From an uncultured Gemmatimonadaceae bacterium (lineage in GTDB: Bacteria; Gemmatimonadota; Gemmatimonadetes; Gemmatimonadales; GWC2-71-9), in the NCBI GenBank assembly GCA_964574295.1, contig CAZNLY010000011.1, positions 1,142-65,141 on the forward strand: 64,000 nucleotides of DNA, written 5' to 3'. A program made the position numbers and the translations under genes. Shown here piece by piece: positions 55,970 to 64,000 of the stretch (positions are counted from its first letter, which is position 1; every line of letters starts with the position of its first letter). A model generated the notes under the pieces. The model saw nothing but the letters and a program-made list of their open reading frames with translations, ran no database searches and was not told where the DNA came from.

Positions 55970-58900
55970 TCAGTGGGCGGTGCCGCCGCCGTCGGGCTCG
56001 AAAATGAGCAGCCACCCCCGTCCCGGTGCAACGGGGATCGGCTCGAACGGCCGGAACGTGGCGGCAGCCTGGAAACCGGGGATGTCCGGCGCGACGATCC
56101 GGGCGTGGGCCGGATCGAGGCCCATGCGGTTCCAGTCGACGGCCAATTGCACGCGTGCGGTGTCCGCCCCCCAGCTGGCCAGCGCCACGATGCTCTGCCC
56201 GGGTCGGTGGTACACGGTGGCGAGCAGGTCGGGCCGCCCGGTCCGGACGGGCGAGTCGGGCACCCAGTAGCCGATCATCCGGGTGTCCTGGATGCGCCAG
56301 GTATCCCAAAACCGCCAGAGCTCGCGCGGGTCACCGGACCAGGGCAGGCGGTTTGTCATGCCGTAGAGCATTCCGCGCCAGGGGTTCCCCCCGCCCTCCA
56401 GCATCTCCCCCATCAGGCCATACGGGATGCCCGAGAGCTCCACCAGCCAGTACGCCGGCGGGGCGTTGTAGTCGAAGTACTCGCCGAACCAGAGCCGGTC
56501 GATGAAGGGAAAGTGTTCCAGGTAGAGGTTGGCGCTGTTGGCAAAGCCGTCACGCGGATTGAACTGGTTGGCCGAATGGAGGTCGATGAGCGGCGCCGGG
56601 CGGCCGCGGGCCAGGACCTTCCGCACCCGCAGCATGATGCTCCGGTCGAATGCCACATCGTCGATGTAGAGGCCGTCGATGCCGATGTTCTGGACCAGCC
56701 AGTCCAGGCCCTCCACGTAGAAATTGTGCCAGCGGGAGATGCCGGTGTTCACGACGGCCGCGTCGCGGATGGGCGGGACGTACCATCCGCCGATGTAGTT
56801 GCCGTCGAGGTGCTCCTGCAGCCAGGAGGCCCCTCCGCCGGGGCCGGGAGCGATGACCTCCGTCCCGAGGCTCCGGAGTGCCGGGATCTCGGGGGCGTGG
56901 TTCGTGAGCTCGCGGACGGTGTAATAGATCTTGACCCGGATGCCCATGGCGTGGGCGCTGTCCACATAGGCCCGCATCGCCTCGGGTCGGAGGAACGGAT
57001 AGTTGATGAACGGGTTGATGGCGGTGGCGTGGTGCACGTTGACGGTGTTGGCCCCCATCCGGGCCACCGAATCGAGCGGCACGTACGCGTGGAAGTACCG
57101 CGTGGCCCACTGCGCCTTCGGGTCGATGGGGTGGAACGGCGTCAGGAGCAGGCGGAAGTCGTAGTGCTGCGTCTCGCCCGCGGCCATGGAGCGCGCGCCG
57201 CTGTAGCAGGCAATGCGGTAGGCCTCCCGGCCGGCGCGGAGGCGGCACCCGCCGCGGCCCGCGTTGTCCCACGAGGCGGGCATCACCAGCGGCTTCGACT
57301 GGTAGAAGTTGGTGTTGAGGGGACGGCTGTAGCGGTCGTCCCGCAGGGAAAACTGCACGCCGGCGTTGACGTCGCCCACCCAGGCGCCGTCCTGATTGCG
57401 GGCCACCTCCCACCGCCAGTCGAGGGAGTCAGGCCGGACGCCCCCCTTGAGGCCCAGGCCCATGGCGTACCGCGCGGCCTCGGGGCGCAGGGGAATCTCG
57501 AGGCGGATGTCATTGACGGAGACTTCGGCGTCGGCGGAGACGGCCACCGTGAAGTCGGCGCTCCCATCGAATTCAAGGCTTCCGCGGAGGCGGATGCGAA
57601 GCGGTCCCGCCCCTCCCTCGGCCTCCCACGCCACGAAGCCGGTGTCGTGCGTCACGATGCGATACGCGGGCGCGGTGTAGGCCCACTCGCGCCCCGCCCC
57701 GTCGACCACCACGAGGCGGACCGGACCAGCGAGCAGGCCCCGGGCCGAGCCCCCGATGGACGTCATCTCCGTCGTGAAGTAGCTCGCGACGGCCCGCGGC
57801 AGGCCATTCGAAGCAAGCACCAGTTTGCGCCCGAGGATGCCGAGGGTGTCGCCCCGGCGGGAGACGGGGAGGTACGGCGGGACGATGCCGTGATCCTCCT
57901 CGAGGCGCGAATCGAGCCAGGCGAGCCGGGCGAGGCGCCACGGCTCGTCGGCGCCCCCGTCGCGGATCGTGTCCGGAGCGACGACGAGGGTGAACGCCAC
58001 CGGCACCGGGGCGAGCCCGGCGGGCGTCACGCGGAGGGCTCCACGGTACATGCCAGGCGCCGCCGTGAGCGGCACCGCGACCCCGCACCAGAGGGGCTGG
58101 ATCCGGCCCGGCGCCACCCGAATGGGGACGGTGAAGTCCCGGCCCTGCCAGTCCACCCCGCCCTGGTTGATGCAGCGGAGCCGTGACGCCGCGATCGACC
58201 CGGACGGCCCGGTGAGCGAATCCAATGCAACGCGCACGTCGGTGAGTTCCGTGCGCGCCGCCCAGACGCCGAGCTGGAAGGCGAAGAACTCCCCGCGCCG
58301 TGCGCTGCCCTCGAACGCCGGCGGGCCGCGCCTCCCGACCCACCGCTCCGGCAGGTCCGCCGGCATGACGATGGGGTGCGTCCGGTCCTCGGGAAAGATG
58401 AAGAAGGGCTGGCCCGGCGCGGACGCGAGGAGGCGCTCGGTCTCTGCGCGAGTCGCGATGACCTGCATCGGGTAGAAGCTGTCGAGCGTGTCTGCCGCCT
58501 CGAACGCAAGCAATCGCGCCGCGGGGAGACGGTCGATGGCCGCGGTGCTCGGCGCGAAGGCCGCGCGCCACGACGGTGCCGCGGTGGAATCCGGCCCCGG
58601 GTAGGTGATGCGGGGATAATTGGAGGTGACGGTCCCGGTGTACCGGAGATAGTAGATGAAATACTCGCCCGGCCCGGCGGCGGGCTCGAAGGCGACCGTC
58701 CCCGCCTCCCGCGTGATCGGGCCCCGCACGACATTGAGCACCCGCTGCCCCGTCCGCGCGTCCACCACCCAGATGTCCTTGGCCGCCGGATCCGCGTCGG
58801 GCCTGCGCCAGGGCAGCCGAGCGACGACGGCCGGGGCGGCGGTGTCCACCACGATCACCGCGCGGTGATTCCCGAACGAATCGGCATTCCACCGCCCGAT

Positions 58901-58993
58901 CCGGAAGGACGATTGCTGGGCCGCCGCCGCCGTCGGCTGGCCAAGGAGTGCGCCGGCCGCCAACAGCACCGCGGCGCCGGCGGGCCACCTCAT
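55970..58993 (-). CDS. Secreted DUF6067-type glycoside-hydrolase-like protein (~1000 aa)
   Basis: Signal peptide; WNADSFGNHRAV; NVHHA..INPFINYPF; YYTVREL; DGLYIDD; ELSGIPYGLMGEML. Confidence 0.75.
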   Translation of the reverse strand: MRWPAGAAVLLAAGALLGQPTAAAAQQSSFRIGRWNADSFGNHRAVIVVDTAAPAVVARLPWRRPDADPAAKDIWVVDARTGQRVLNVVRGPITREAGTVAFEPAAGPGEYFIYYLRYTGTVTSNYPRITYPGPDSTAAPSWRAAFAPSTAAIDRLPAARLLAFEAADTLDSFYPMQVIATRAETERLLASAPGQPFFIFPEDRTHPIVMPADLPERWVGRRGPPAFEGSARRGEFFAFQLGVWAARTELTDVRVALDSLTGPSGSIAASRLRCINQGGVDWQGRDFTVPIRVAPGRIQPLWCGVAVPLTAAPGMYRGALRVTPAGLAPVPVAFTLVVAPDTIRDGGADEPWRLARLAWLDSRLEEDHGIVPPYLPVSRRGDTLGILGRKLVLASNGLPRAVASYFTTEMTSIGGSARGLLAGPVRLVVVDGAGREWAYTAPAYRIVTHDTGFVAWEAEGGAGPLRIRLRGSLEFDGSADFTVAVSADAEVSVNDIRLEIPLRPEAARYAMGLGLKGGVRPDSLDWRWEVARNQDGAWVGDVNAGVQFSLRDDRYSRPLNTNFYQSKPLVMPASWDNAGRGGCRLRAGREAYRIACYSGARSMAAGETQHYDFRLLLTPFHPIDPKAQWATRYFHAYVPLDSVARMGANTVNVHHATAINPFINYPFLRPEAMRAYVDSAHAMGIRVKIYYTVRELTNHAPEIPALRSLGTEVIAPGPGGGASWLQEHLDGNYIGGWYVPPIRDAAVVNTGISRWHNFYVEGLDWLVQNIGIDGLYIDDVAFDRSIMLRVRKVLARGRPAPLIDLHSANQFNPRDGFANSANLYLEHFPFIDRLWFGEYFDYNAPPAYWLVELSGIPYGLMGEMLEGGGNPWRGMLYGMTNRLPWSGDPRELWRFWDTWRIQDTRMIGYWVPDSPVRTGRPDLLATVYHRPGQSIVALASWGADTARVQLAVDWNRMGLDPAHARIVAPDIPGFQAAATFRPFEPIPVAPGRGWLLIFEPDGGGTAH

Positions 58994-59517
58994 CCGCATA
59001 GCGCCACCCGACGGATCCACCGCGCCCGGAACGCCCGCGAGATGGTGCCGTCCGGGAATGCGAGCCGGTACGCGCCGGTCAGGGTGCTGTCGTCGGTCAC
59101 GGGCGCGAACTCCACCGTGCCCGCATCCGCCGTGGCGCACGCCGCGCTCGATTCGCAGCGGACCGCCAGCCCCGACCCGGCCCGGTCCTCGCCGAGGCGG
59201 ACGGTGGTTCCGGGAAGCTGGTCGCCGCCGGTGTAGACGATGACCTGCAGGTAGGGCGGGAGCGGCGGGAGTCCGTCGACGCCGCGGTCGGAGAGGAAGA
59301 GCGAGGTGGCGGCACCGTCCCACGGGGCGCAGTCCGCCAGGGCCACCCCCAGAGCCGGACTTTCGGGGTGCTCCTGCGAGCCCCCCTGCACTCGCCCTGG
59401 GGCGTACAGCCAGACCCAGGCGGCGGCCGCCGCGGCCACGAGGCCTCCGAGCGACCCGAGAATCAACAGGCGTCTGTTTGCCCCGCCTTCGGGAGCCGCT
59501 TTCGGATCGCTGTGCAT
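58990..59517 (-). CDS. Membrane-anchored hypothetical protein
   Basis: Single N-terminal TM; DCAPWDG and two further Cys; AAGGGG SD. Confidence 0.65.
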   Translation of the reverse strand: MHSDPKAAPEGGANRRLLILGSLGGLVAAAAAAWVWLYAPGRVQGGSQEHPESPALGVALADCAPWDGAATSLFLSDRGVDGLPPLPPYLQVIVYTGGDQLPGTTVRLGEDRAGSGLAVRCESSAACATADAGTVEFAPVTDDSTLTGAYRLAFPDGTISRAFRARWIRRVALCG

Positions 59518-59680
59518 AAACCCCTTAAGCCGCTAATGGACAAGCATTTACGAATTCACAATTCACGTATTGCGCGAGGCGCCGGGTGAAGACTTCGACC
59601 ACGTCTACGCACTCCCCAGCGGATTCTGACCCCGGCGCGTAATACCTTCGTTGGTTCCTTCCACATCTCTTGGAGGCCGC

Positions 59681-60094
59681 ATGCGTGCCGTCCCGAAGCT
59701 CGCCCTGACCCTATTCCTCGGCGGGATCCTTTCCGCTTCCCCACTCCTGGCCCAGAACCCCTCCGGCACCCCGGCCACTCCGCGCGGCCCCGGCCGGATG
59801 CAGGCGATGCTGATGCAGGGGATCACCCTCACGCCCGCTCAGCAGGCAAAGGTCGACTCGATCTCCGGGTACTACCGCTCCCAGATGCCGGCCATGACCC
59901 CTGGCACCCCGCCCTCCGAGGCCGACCGCCAGAAGGCGCGGCAACTGATGGCCGCCTCCCAGAAGGACATCCGGGCGGTCCTCACGCCTGACCAGCAGGC
60001 CGTCTACGACAAGAACCTGGCGGCCATGCGGGAACGGATGCAGCAAATGCAGCAGGGCGGCGCCCCGCCGCAGGGCGGCCCGCCGAGCAACTAG
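59681..60094 (+). CDS. Spy/CpxP-like (LTxxQ) periplasmic protein
   Basis: GGAGG SD; signal peptide; LTPAQQ and LTPDQQ motifs; Met/Gln-rich. Confidence 0.78.
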   Translation: MRAVPKLALTLFLGGILSASPLLAQNPSGTPATPRGPGRMQAMLMQGITLTPAQQAKVDSISGYYRSQMPAMTPGTPPSEADRQKARQLMAASQKDIRAVLTPDQQAVYDKNLAAMRERMQQMQQGGAPPQGGPPSN

Positions 60095-60100
60095 CGGCCC

Positions 60101-60325
60101 TCAATCACCCGGCAGCAGCCGGAACTGCAGCGCCCCGGAGGGGCAGCGGCGGACCTGATCCGCCACCTGCTCCGCCGGGGCGCTCTCCGGCCGGATCCAG
60201 CGCTTCCGCCGCACATCGAAGACCGCCGGCAGACCGCGCAGGCACTCGCCAGAGTGGATGCAGGCCGTCGGGTCAAAGGTCACCACGATGCCGGGCGCCT
60301 CGTAGGTCTGCAGTCGTTCACCCAT
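60101..60325 (-). CDS. Divergent 4Fe-4S mono-cluster protein (YjdI/Fer4_19-like)
   Basis: CIHSGEC...LPAVF...CPSGAL; ATG 60325. Confidence 0.85.
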   Translation of the reverse strand: MGERLQTYEAPGIVVTFDPTACIHSGECLRGLPAVFDVRRKRWIRPESAPAEQVADQVRRCPSGALQFRLLPGD

Positions 60326-60342
60326 CGGCAGGAGCTCCTCGG

Positions 60343-60732
60343 TCAGGATCGGCTCCGGGCGGGTTCCACCCGGAAATTCGGATTCTCGATGACCCCCAGG
60401 ATGTTCCCGAATGGGTCGCGCACCGCGCCGATCAGGATCCCCTCCCCCACGTCGGTGACGGTCTCGAACGGCGTCGCCCCCATTCCGACGAGCCGGGTGA
60501 ACGCGGCCGTGGCGTCGGCGACCCCCCAATAGGCCACGCCGGCCTCCGGTCGGTCGGAACGCGCCTCGGCGTCCGGGGTAATCCCCAGCTCGAACCCCCC
60601 GACGTTGAATCCGACGTAGAACGGCTGATCGAAGTAGGGGGCGAACCCCAGCACGGTCGCGTACCACGCCTTGGCCGCGGCGAGGTCCACGGCGGTGTAC
60701 TTTGCGGTGCGGAGACCCAGGAAGGCGGGCAT
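60343..60732 (-). CDS. VOC/glyoxalase family protein
   Basis: DLAAAKAWY..VLG, YVGFNVGGFELG, DVGEGI...RDPFGN. Confidence 0.88.
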   Translation of the reverse strand: MPAFLGLRTAKYTAVDLAAAKAWYATVLGFAPYFDQPFYVGFNVGGFELGITPDAEARSDRPEAGVAYWGVADATAAFTRLVGMGATPFETVTDVGEGILIGAVRDPFGNILGVIENPNFRVEPARSRS

Positions 60733-60762
60733 GGTGGTCCTCTCCGGAGGTGTGGAACCGGC

Positions 60763-61482
60763 CTATTGAGGCTCGACGCCGAACATGGCCAGGTACTGCC
60801 GCACCTCACCCAGGACGAAGTTCTGCCGCGCTACCATGTCCCGGAGCGGGAGGTCGGCCAGCGGCTGGAGCGAGTCGGTGGTCCAGAAGATCAGGGTGGT
60901 GTCCCGAAACACATACTGCGTGGCCGGCCCGCGCACCACCTCGAGGTGGCCGCCGACGAAGTAGTAGCTGGTGATGACGGGTGCGGCCTCCTTCGGCCCC
61001 GGCTCCGTCACGCGCAGGCGCACAGGCTGCCCCGAGTCGGTCCAGAAGTCCAGCGCCCTTGGCCGCCACCCTGGGCGAGCGGCATCGAGGGTGCGGGTGA
61101 CCGGGGCGCGCCCCGCCAGCAGCGCGTCGAGCGACTCGGCGACCGCATAGGCCCGCCGGGGAGTCACGGCGGTATCCGGCAGCGCCGACTCCGCCCGGGT
61201 GGTGCAGTTGGCCAGCACCTGTCGGCTGCCGTGCCAGAGCGACGCCTCGGACCCCTTGGTGCTCAGGGTGTACCGACCGTCCCCGTACCGGGCGCCGGAG
61301 GCGGTTCGCTCCGGGGCCAGCCGCACGATGCGGTCCGGCGGCAGGTGCAACTCGGCGTAGCGCGGCCCGAAGCCCACCACGAGCGACTCCCCTCCCGCGC
61401 ACGCGTAGGTCGTGACCGGCGGAGGGGTGACACACCCGAGGAGGGCGACGCCCGCCACGGCGATTGTGCAGGCAAGCGGCAT
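60763..61482 (-). CDS. Lipoprotein with N-terminal MliC/PliC lysozyme-inhibitor domain
   Basis: Lipobox LLGC; YAC...SGARY...TKGSEA...C pattern; extra C-terminal domain; ATG 61482. Confidence 0.78.
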   Translation of the reverse strand: MPLACTIAVAGVALLGCVTPPPVTTYACAGGESLVVGFGPRYAELHLPPDRIVRLAPERTASGARYGDGRYTLSTKGSEASLWHGSRQVLANCTTRAESALPDTAVTPRRAYAVAESLDALLAGRAPVTRTLDAARPGWRPRALDFWTDSGQPVRLRVTEPGPKEAAPVITSYYFVGGHLEVVRGPATQYVFRDTTLIFWTTDSLQPLADLPLRDMVARQNFVLGEVRQYLAMFGVEPQ

Positions 61483-61498
61483 GCGATGCAGGGGGCCT

Positions 61499-61554
61499 CC
61501 GGGGCGGGGCGCGATCGGTGGAGCGGTCGCTGGGAAGATCACGCCCCGCCCCGG
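61499..61554. repeat. 13-bp perfect inverted repeat with inner GATC pair
   Basis: CCGGGGCGGGGCG (61499-61511) / CGCCCCGCCCCGG (61542-61554); GATC at 61513 and 61537. Confidence 0.8.
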
Positions 61555-61632
61555 GGTCGGCAAGCGGCGTCGAACCGGGCAGACTTCGGCAGTTTCCCAA
61601 GCGAGGTCCCGTCCTCTCGGGCGAGGAGAACC

Positions 61633-61770
61633 ATGACATGGTGGGAAGCGTCGAGGGCAGCGACGACGCACCGCTTCGACGGGCTGGTGATCGACAACTG
61701 GTTCTTCGGCGTGGCGAGCGTGAGCCCGGAGGGATTTGCGAGCGTCGTGGCGGTGGCGGGACCGCGCTGA
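61633..61770 (+). CDS. Putative small ORF, 45 aa
   Basis: GAGGAG SD 4 nt before ATG; MTWWEASRAATTHRFDGLVIDNWFFGVASVSPEGFASVVAVAGPR; fills an otherwise empty gap. Confidence 0.35.
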   Translation: MTWWEASRAATTHRFDGLVIDNWFFGVASVSPEGFASVVAVAGPR

Positions 61771-61774
61771 GGGA

Positions 61775-62194
61775 TCAGTCGGGCGGCCAGGCTGCGTCGA
61801 GGGTCACGTCGATGTTGCCGACGCTCTGGTCGAGGCTGAACTGCACCGTCCAGGTACCGGGCGTGCCGTCCAGGGTGCGGTCCTCCAGCTGGTAGAGCGT
61901 CTTTCCGCGATACACCTCCTTGCCGTCGGCGTCGGTCACGATCAGCAGCGTGGTGCCGTGCGGAGTAAAGCTCTGGTGGTCGATGGCCGCATAGATGCCC
62001 GGGTTTTGCCACCGGAAGGTCATGACGGTGGAGATATTCTGCATGTCCTGGACGGTCAGCTGGAAGTGCCCCGAGAGGTTGGTGACGGTCACCGCGTTCT
62101 CGGGACCGAGCGTCTGAGGGGGGTTGTCACACCCCAAGCCTGCAAGAGGCAGCGCGAGGACGGCCGCCGCCGCGGCCACGGTCGTGATTCGCAT
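61775..62194 (-). CDS. Lipoprotein of unknown function
   Basis: MRITTVAAAAAVLALPLAGLGC lipobox; beta-rich body; AGGAG upstream; ATG 62194. Confidence 0.75.
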   Translation of the reverse strand: MRITTVAAAAAVLALPLAGLGCDNPPQTLGPENAVTVTNLSGHFQLTVQDMQNISTVMTFRWQNPGIYAAIDHQSFTPHGTTLLIVTDADGKEVYRGKTLYQLEDRTLDGTPGTWTVQFSLDQSVGNIDVTLDAAWPPD

Positions 62195-62220
62195 CGGAAG
62201 ACTCCTTTGCCGCGCCGGTC

Positions 62221-63705
62221 TCATTGGGGCATCCCCGGGAAGGCCGCGCTCGCGAAGATCCGCAGGAAGCTCGCCTCCTGGGTCACGTTGGGCAGGCCGG
62301 TGTAGTCGCTGTGCCGTGAGTAGTGCGTCCCGGACACTCCCGCCCCCCATCGATCGGTAAACCAGTACCGCGCCTCCGCACCCAGCGCATCCTGGTAGTG
62401 CGCCGACTCGGTGCCGTCCACGGTGTGGATCCACCACCCGAGGTAGGACGCGCTGGCCTGGAGCCGCCGCTTGTACACCGCCCGAGCCGAGAGCGTCCCG
62501 CCCAACCCCGGGCCGTAGTCGTAGTTTCGTCCCTCGAGGGTGTTGTAGTAATCCGATTGGGTGGCGCCGATGATGATGCCGTCGAGCAGGACGCTCGTCT
62601 GGACCCACCAGTCCGTGCCCGGCGCGCCGAAGGTCGACACCACCCCGCCGAGCACGCTCTGCCCCCCGAACTCGATGGCGGGGTTGTTGACGTAATCATA
62701 CCCCAGCAGCAAGGCGAGCTGGTGGCGACCGGAGCTCCCGATCGGCCAGGCGGCCAGGCTCCCACGCACCTGCAACCGATTGAGCCGCCGGGCACTGTCC
62801 ACCGGCGGGCCCGCCAGCTCGGCCCCGAGGGCAAAGTAGGAGAACGGCGACCCGCCGAGGTCCTTCACCGCGTCCCCATACATCAGCGAGAACGTGGCGT
62901 CCCACTGGTCGGTGCCCGCTGCGAAGCTGTCGGCCGAGAAGGCGTTCGACGTCCGCCGGTAGCCCAGGTCCAGGATGCCGACGATCCGGCTCGGGCGCCA
63001 GTCGGGCGGGTTGGCGCTCTGGCCGTGGGTTTCGCCCCGGATGAGCCGATTGAACCCGCGGATCGGGTTGAGGACGAAGCCGCCGATCTCGCGCCAGGTC
63101 CGCTCACTGCCGGTGGCGGTGTTGTCGAGCGTCAGCGAGGAGAGGCGATAGAACGCCTCGCCCAGCGTGACGCCGCCGAAGCTCGTGTTGAGGAAGTCGT
63201 TCGGGGCCGGGGCCCAGGCCTCACCGGCAATTTCCCACATCAGGCTGCCGGCGAACGGCCAGGCAAAGGATTCCCAGAAGTTGTAGCCGTTTGTCCGTGC
63301 CGCATTGAAATAGAGGCTGCCGTGATAGGGATGCGAGAACTGGTTGTTGAGGAACTGGTTGTCGTCCCACTGCCACGGGTACACGACGTTGTTCTTGATG
63401 CTCTGCCAGGAAACCTGCGCCCACTCGGCGTCGCGGACATAGGCGTTGACGGCGTGCGGGATGAACTGCACCAGCATCAACTCGCCGAACCCCGCCCAGA
63501 ACCGCTTGGGCGGATCGCAGTCGCGGCAGGGCAGCGAGTCCGTCCCGATCACGAAGGGGCCCGATGCAGCGACCGCCGTCGGCGGCCCCCACGGGCGGCT
63601 GAGGCTCCCCTCCGGCAGCGGACCCTGCGCTCGCAGGGGGGTGGCCACCAGGACGGCGAGGGTGCAAGCCAACGCGGGCAGCGCCCGCGGCGGGAACGGC
63701 GTCAC
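62221..63705 (-). CDS. DUF3943-domain outer-membrane protein
   Basis: WQWDDNQFLNNQFSHPYHGSLYFNAAR...GSLMWE...NDFLNT..GG..LGEAFYR; alternating beta-strand C-terminus; GTG 63705. Confidence 0.8.
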   Translation of the reverse strand: MTPFPPRALPALACTLAVLVATPLRAQGPLPEGSLSRPWGPPTAVAASGPFVIGTDSLPCRDCDPPKRFWAGFGELMLVQFIPHAVNAYVRDAEWAQVSWQSIKNNVVYPWQWDDNQFLNNQFSHPYHGSLYFNAARTNGYNFWESFAWPFAGSLMWEIAGEAWAPAPNDFLNTSFGGVTLGEAFYRLSSLTLDNTATGSERTWREIGGFVLNPIRGFNRLIRGETHGQSANPPDWRPSRIVGILDLGYRRTSNAFSADSFAAGTDQWDATFSLMYGDAVKDLGGSPFSYFALGAELAGPPVDSARRLNRLQVRGSLAAWPIGSSGRHQLALLLGYDYVNNPAIEFGGQSVLGGVVSTFGAPGTDWWVQTSVLLDGIIIGATQSDYYNTLEGRNYDYGPGLGGTLSARAVYKRRLQASASYLGWWIHTVDGTESAHYQDALGAEARYWFTDRWGAGVSGTHYSRHSDYTGLPNVTQEASFLRIFASAAFPGMPQ

Positions 63706-64000
63706 GGCAGCCTCGGAAAGGCGGAACTCAGGAAGATGCGGACAAAGCTCGCGAAGTGCTCCACGCCCGGGAGCCCCTCGTATTCGCTCTGCCGACTGTA
63801 TGAGATGTAGCTGGTGCCCAGGGCGATCCGCCGGCTTGTCCAATAGCGCAGTTCGAGCAACGTGGCGTCCTGATAGTGGGTGGACTCCGCACCGTCCACC
63901 GTGAAGAGCGACAGGCCGGTGTAGCCGACGGTGGCCTGCAGGCGATCCTTGTAGAGCACCCGACCGGAAAGCAGCGTGCCGAGGCCGGGTCCGTAATCAT
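63702..64000 (-). CDS. C-terminus of a second DUF3943-type paralog (partial, starts beyond the window)
   Basis: DYGPGLG...TVDGAESTHYQD...RYW...YSRQSEY.GLP...FVRIFLSSAFP aligns by eye to the C-terminus of 62221-63705. Confidence 0.8.
   Translation of the reverse strand, partial: DYGPGLGTLLSGRVLYKDRLQATVGYTGLSLFTVDGAESTHYQDATLLELRYWTSRRIALGTSYISYSRQSEYEGLPGVEHFASFVRIFLSSAFPRLP

Overview
Very GC-rich bacterial chromosome segment, roughly 70-75% GC by eye. Gene order and content suggest Gemmatimonadota (inference only). Almost every gene lies on the minus strand. In transcription order (right to left): (1) an accessory block at 64.0-52.8 kb with two tandem DUF3943-type outer-membrane proteins, lipoproteins including an MliC-domain one, a VOC protein, a small 4Fe-4S protein, a Spy/CpxP-like protein, a DUF6067 glycoside-hydrolase-like protein, SRPBCC, DUF411 and two unannotated small ORFs; (2) tilS-hpt-ftsH-folP-DUF2723-yggS-ileS-dksA-lspA-rluD; (3) an ~18 kb tightly coupled operon (39.5-21.1 kb); (4) tRNA-Val, a secreted TPR protein and tRNA-Asp; (5) a dcw cluster without mraZ (rsmH to ftsZ), extended by an M23 peptidase, a VWA-like membrane protein and ftsY (truncated by the window edge). 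The operon in (3) is the best candidate for an undescribed system. It contains a receptor-less Bacillus/Thermotoga-type chemosensory set (3x CheW, CheY, CheA, CheC, CheR, CheD, CheB). Inserted in its middle is a Myxococcus-type polarity module: MglA GTPase, MglB, two more Roadblock domains, large TPR proteins, two DUF4388/PatA-N proteins each carrying a tandem MshEN-like c-di-GMP motif, and a tandem double DnaA-type AAA+ protein with no DNA-binding domain. I saw no mobile elements, CRISPR arrays or rRNA. All family calls come from motif recognition by eye, not from database searches.
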